In this document: positions 59,062-64,000 of the stretch, in pieces | Position numbering within the stretch: position 1 is the stretch's first letter | How the letters are laid out: every line of letters begins with the position of its first letter | Assembly (NCBI RefSeq): GCF_009914755.1 | Contig: NC_060942.1 | DNA: 64,000 bases | Strand: one strand, 5' to 3' | From: the human T2T-CHM13v2.0 reference genome, Homo sapiens | The notes under the pieces: model-generated | What the model was told of the DNA's origin: nothing | The model's input: the letters and a program-made list of their open reading frames with translations, nothing else | Database searches by the model: none | Program-made: the position numbers and the translations under genes

Positions 59062-60065
59062 TCACACCTTATCAACTAACAAAGTAATTAAAATGTAGTA
59101 TATTTGCTGGAATTAGTTGACAGTAAAGGGAAGATATAATGGAACACTTGTTGATACTTAGAAGATGAAGTGTCTCTGGAGAGCAGTACCTGGGAAAAAA
59201 TAAAAGAGAGGTGATGGTAGCTGAGAGGTTTTAGCCCAGTTACAACAAAATCTCACAGTAGTGTGTCAGAAACTGCAAGTTAAACAGTAAAATAACCCAG
59301 GCCCTTTTGTTAAGGAACTTAAAGTGTTCTGGGAAGACAGGGAAGTAATGAATATACCAGGAGGAAAAGAGAAGCACAATGAAGGACATTTGTTGGGAAG
59401 AGGGTCAAGGAAGACTTCCTTGGGAAAATCTCTTCAGCTACCTCCTTGCCTGGCAGGAGGAGCATGGTGTCACGAGGAGATCAGTGTGGGAAGACAGGGG
59501 TAGCTAGAGTGATGCCAAGCAGAGGTCGCATCTCAGGACGGAACTTCTATTCTATATTAGGATTTTACTCTTGAGGCATTGGGAGGGTGTGGTAGGGTGT
59601 CTGAGGGGGCCATAGAAAGGTTTTTTTCTTTGTAGAGATGGGGTCTTGCTATGTTGCCCAGGCTGGTCTCCAACTCCCGGGCTCAAGTAATCCTTCTGCC
59701 TCGGCCTCCCAAAGTGCTAGAATTACAGGCATGCACAATGATGCCTGGCCAGAAAGTTTTTACCTATGGAAGAACAATTAAATGTTTCTTTTTAGAGAGG
59801 CAAACAAACAATTAAACCACTTGAGAAACTAATGTATCAAGAACAAGACTAGAAAGCATGATATTGTTATTATTCAACATTTTTCTGGAGCTATAATCAA
59901 TGCAATAATACTACAAAAACACATGATCTACAAATTTATTCATTCAAGGCTGGGCGTGGTGGCTCATGCCTGTAATCTCAGCATTTTGGGAGGCCGAGGC
60001 GGGTGGATCACCTGAGGTCAGGAGTTCGAGACCAGCCTGACCAACATGGCGAAACCCCATCTCTA

Positions 60066-60227
<162 letters not shown>

Positions 60228-60906
60228 TCAAAAAAAAAAAAAATTCAGTCAGTCAGCAAATATTTATTAAGCACTTACTATGGGACAGGCACTGTAAGAA
60301 TACAGCAATGAACAACAGTAAGAAGATCCCTAGCTTCAGAAAGAATCATTCTGGAAGAGAAAAAGTTGAAATCCTACTGGTCTGTCAGCATTTTATCTAG
60401 TAAAACACTTTCATCTTGGCTTCCTGACTTCACTCCTTTTGCTTGTTTTCACCCGCCGCTGCAGCCTCTTCTACTTTACCAGTTCCCTTTATTGACTTCT
60501 TTTTTTATGTTACTGCTAAATGCTGAGGTTTGATGTGGGTTCTTCTCTCTTCCCCGTACCTTCTCTTTGTTAGTGATAACATTCAGTCCCATCACTTCAA
60601 GTAACATCTATACTGTGCCAGGAAGTGCAGGCACTGGGGTAACGTAAAACCTAGACTGCATTTCACTTTCAAGTTCCGTTTGATCTTTCCCGTCAGAGCT
60701 GTTTCACCTCTAGTCTTCCCTATCACTGTGAATAAAATCATGAAATCACCCTCCACCCAAGTTCTTAAGCTAGAAATGTTGGAGACATTCATAACCATTC
60801 ACTCCCTCGGCTACTTTATTTAATCTACTGCTAAGATCCATAGGTTTTACCTCTATGGATTGTGCTTTTGGCACTGTGGTTTTGCATTGTTGAAATTTGC
60901 CATCTG

Positions 60907-61496
<590 letters not shown>

Positions 61497-62462
61497 TGAA
61501 AACCATTTCTTCTAGTAGAATGGTAACTGACAATGTAAAAGAAATGAGTTAGAAAAATCACTATTTTGCAGCCATCATAGTGATAATTAATTCAGCCAAG
61601 AGTCATGAATGGATGCTAAAATTAATAGGTAAAATCTTAATGGAGAACAGGATATTTACATAATTGCAAATATGTTTCACATGTTTATTATTAATTACAG
61701 AGAGGAAAAATAATAACTTTACATAAAAATCCTGGCAGATATCATCATAAACAAATGGCCACATTTAGCGTAAACAATGGTAAGACAGACCTACATCTTA
61801 TGTCTCCTAATGTAATACAAAAGTCACAACATCATTTATATAGTATCCTGTCAAAATGCATAACCTCAGCTGGGCATGGTGGCTTATGCCAATAATCCCA
61901 GCACCTTAGGAGGCTGAGGCAGGAGGATAACTTGAGCCCAGGAGTTTGGGAACAGCCTGCACAACATAGCAAAACCCCATCTCAAAAAAAAAAAAAAAAA
62001 AAAAAAGATTAGCTGGGCATGGTGGTGCACAAGCATGGTCCCAGCTAGTTGGGTGGCTGAGGTAGGAGGATTGCTCGAACCTGGGAGGTCAATGCTGCAG
62101 TAAGCCATTATTGTGCCACTCTACTCCAGCCTGAAAGATAGAGCGAGCGAGATCCTGTCTCTTAAAAAAAAAAAAAATTGGCCAGGCGGGTGGCTTATGC
62201 CTGTAAATCCCAGCACTTTGGGAGACTGAGGTGGGCAGATAACCTGAGGTCAGGAGTTCGAGATCAGCCTGTCCAACATGGTGAAACCCCATCTCTACCA
62301 AAAATATAAAACATTAGCTGGGTGTTGTGGTGCACTCCTGTAATCCCAGCTACTCAGAAGGCTGGGGCAGGAGAATCACTTGAACACAGGAGGCGGAGGT
62401 TGCAGTGAGCTGAGATTGTGCTGCTGCACTTCAGCCTGGGTGACAGAGCGAAACTCCATAAA

Positions 62463-62493
<31 letters not shown>

Positions 62494-62601
62494 CAAAATA
62501 TAAAATAAAAAAAGATGTATATATTGAAGTATTTAGGGGTAAGGGAAGGGGCATGTCACAACTTATTTAAAAGTAGTTCAGGATAAAAGGTGTGTATAAA
62601 A

Positions 62602-63245
62602 TTGGTTCTTATTATTTAAGGTAGTTATGTTCTGTAAAGGCACAACCAACACTGAATTAGCAAGCACCGAATTGCTGCTCCTAGAGGAAATATAGTTAAG
62701 TTCCTTCGAGCCTCTAGTCATGACATTTTTGACCACTGACCAATACATGACCTTATTTCATGTGTGTTTCTATTTAAAGACATCTTATTCAATGTAGATT
62801 GTTGATTCATTAACATTGAACTAACAGTCAACAGCACTACAACTCACGCTTGAAGAAGCTTCTCTAACGTGTGTATTATTTCTCTGTAAGTGCAGCTTCC
62901 TTGCACTTAGGAACACTAAACAGCTCTTCAACACTTTGCCTGGGGGCTGTTTTAAACAGCAAAATCACCAACAGAAAGCACAAAAATATGAAAAACATGG
63001 CACTAACTAGACTACAAAAAAAGGACGCTTGTTTACAGTATAAGAGTGAAAATAAGAGGCAGAGTGTCACCTTTTTCAGTCTCAGCTGGAAATATGCGGA
63101 TCAGGCAACTCAAATTTGTGCTGCTCTGTGCATATCTATAAAAGACAGCAAAAGTCCTTTGATTGATGATTGATTTGGCGGTTATGAATACATTTTGGCA
63201 AGTAGACAAATTCACAAATACAGAATCTGCAAATAATGAGGACCA
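62602..63245 (-). mobile_element. MER82-type (Tigger family) DNA transposon
   Basis: TIR-like ends (TTGGTTCTTATTATTT / AAATAATGAGGACCAA); internal cttaggaacactaaacag...aaacagcaaaatcaccaacagaaagcac. Confidence 0.72.
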
Positions 63246-64000
63246 AAAGTGTGTGTTTGTGTGTGTGTATACACGTACACACAAACACATATATACACAT
63301 GGAAAGAGAGAGCAAGAGCAAATGGTAAAACAAATCAAAATGTTAAACATTAGTGAACCTGGGTGAAGGATATATGAGAGTTGTAAGTAGTATTTATTTT
63401 TTGTGAGACAAAAATATGAAGCACATGGCACTAAATAGACTGCAAAAAAGGACACTTGTTTTCAGGGTCTCACTTTGTCATCCAGGCTGGAGTGCAGTAG
63501 TAGGATCAGGGCTCACTGCAGCCTCGACCTCCTGGGCTCAAGTGATCCTTCCAACTCAGCCTCCCGAGTAGCTGGAGCTACAGGCACATGCCACCACATC
63601 CAGCTAGTTTTTTAAATGTTTTGCTATGTTGCCTAGGCTGGTCTCAAACTCCTGGGTTCAAGCAATCTTCTTGCCTTAGCTACTCAAAGTGCTGGGATTA
63701 CAGGCGTGAGCCATTGTGCCCAGCTGCAAGTAGGACTTCTTGCAACTCTTCTCTAAATTTGAAATTATTTGAAATGAAAAGTTTAAAAATTCAATAAATT
63801 CATATTACTCCTCGGCTTAAAATATTTAAATTGCTTTTATGTGCACATCACACATCCTTTAAGACCCTGAAGAGTCAGGCCTCTACCTGCCTCTCCAACA
63901 TAATTCAGGCCACTGGCCCTCCAGCTTACTCTGGTCAGTCTCAGAGGCTTTCTTTTAATTCCTGGAACACTTCCCTAGCTCCCTATCTAAATTAGATTCT

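Overview
Human (primate) genomic DNA, Alu-dense. It contains the last four coding exons of PSMA8, the testis-specific proteasome alpha4s subunit, on the + strand (2776-2898, 23470-23589, 23708-23770, 36962-37054); from memory this locus is 18q11.2. A full-length ~3.5 kb DHFR retrocopy (DHFRP1) lies antisense in the long intron. It has an intact 187-aa ORF matching DHFR as recalled and is nested in an MLT1 LTR, itself inside a Charlie1 transposon. Downstream are a 968-bp HERV-K(HML-2) LTR5_Hs-type solo LTR (- strand), a decayed NPM1 processed pseudogene, a young 5'-truncated AluYa5, and many older L1, L2, Tigger, Charlie, MER and ERVL remnants. I found no wholly new gene system. The best leads are: (i) details of the DHFR retrocopy (cap-G signature, a T at the position of the reported DHFR 829C>T variant, antisense to a meiotic transcript); (ii) the LTR5_Hs with its OCT4-type motif; (iii) several locally templated insertions and fold-backs, one preserving the ancestral pre-Alu state of a neighbouring site. 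Repeat subfamily names and gene symbols come from recall of consensus sequences, not database searches.
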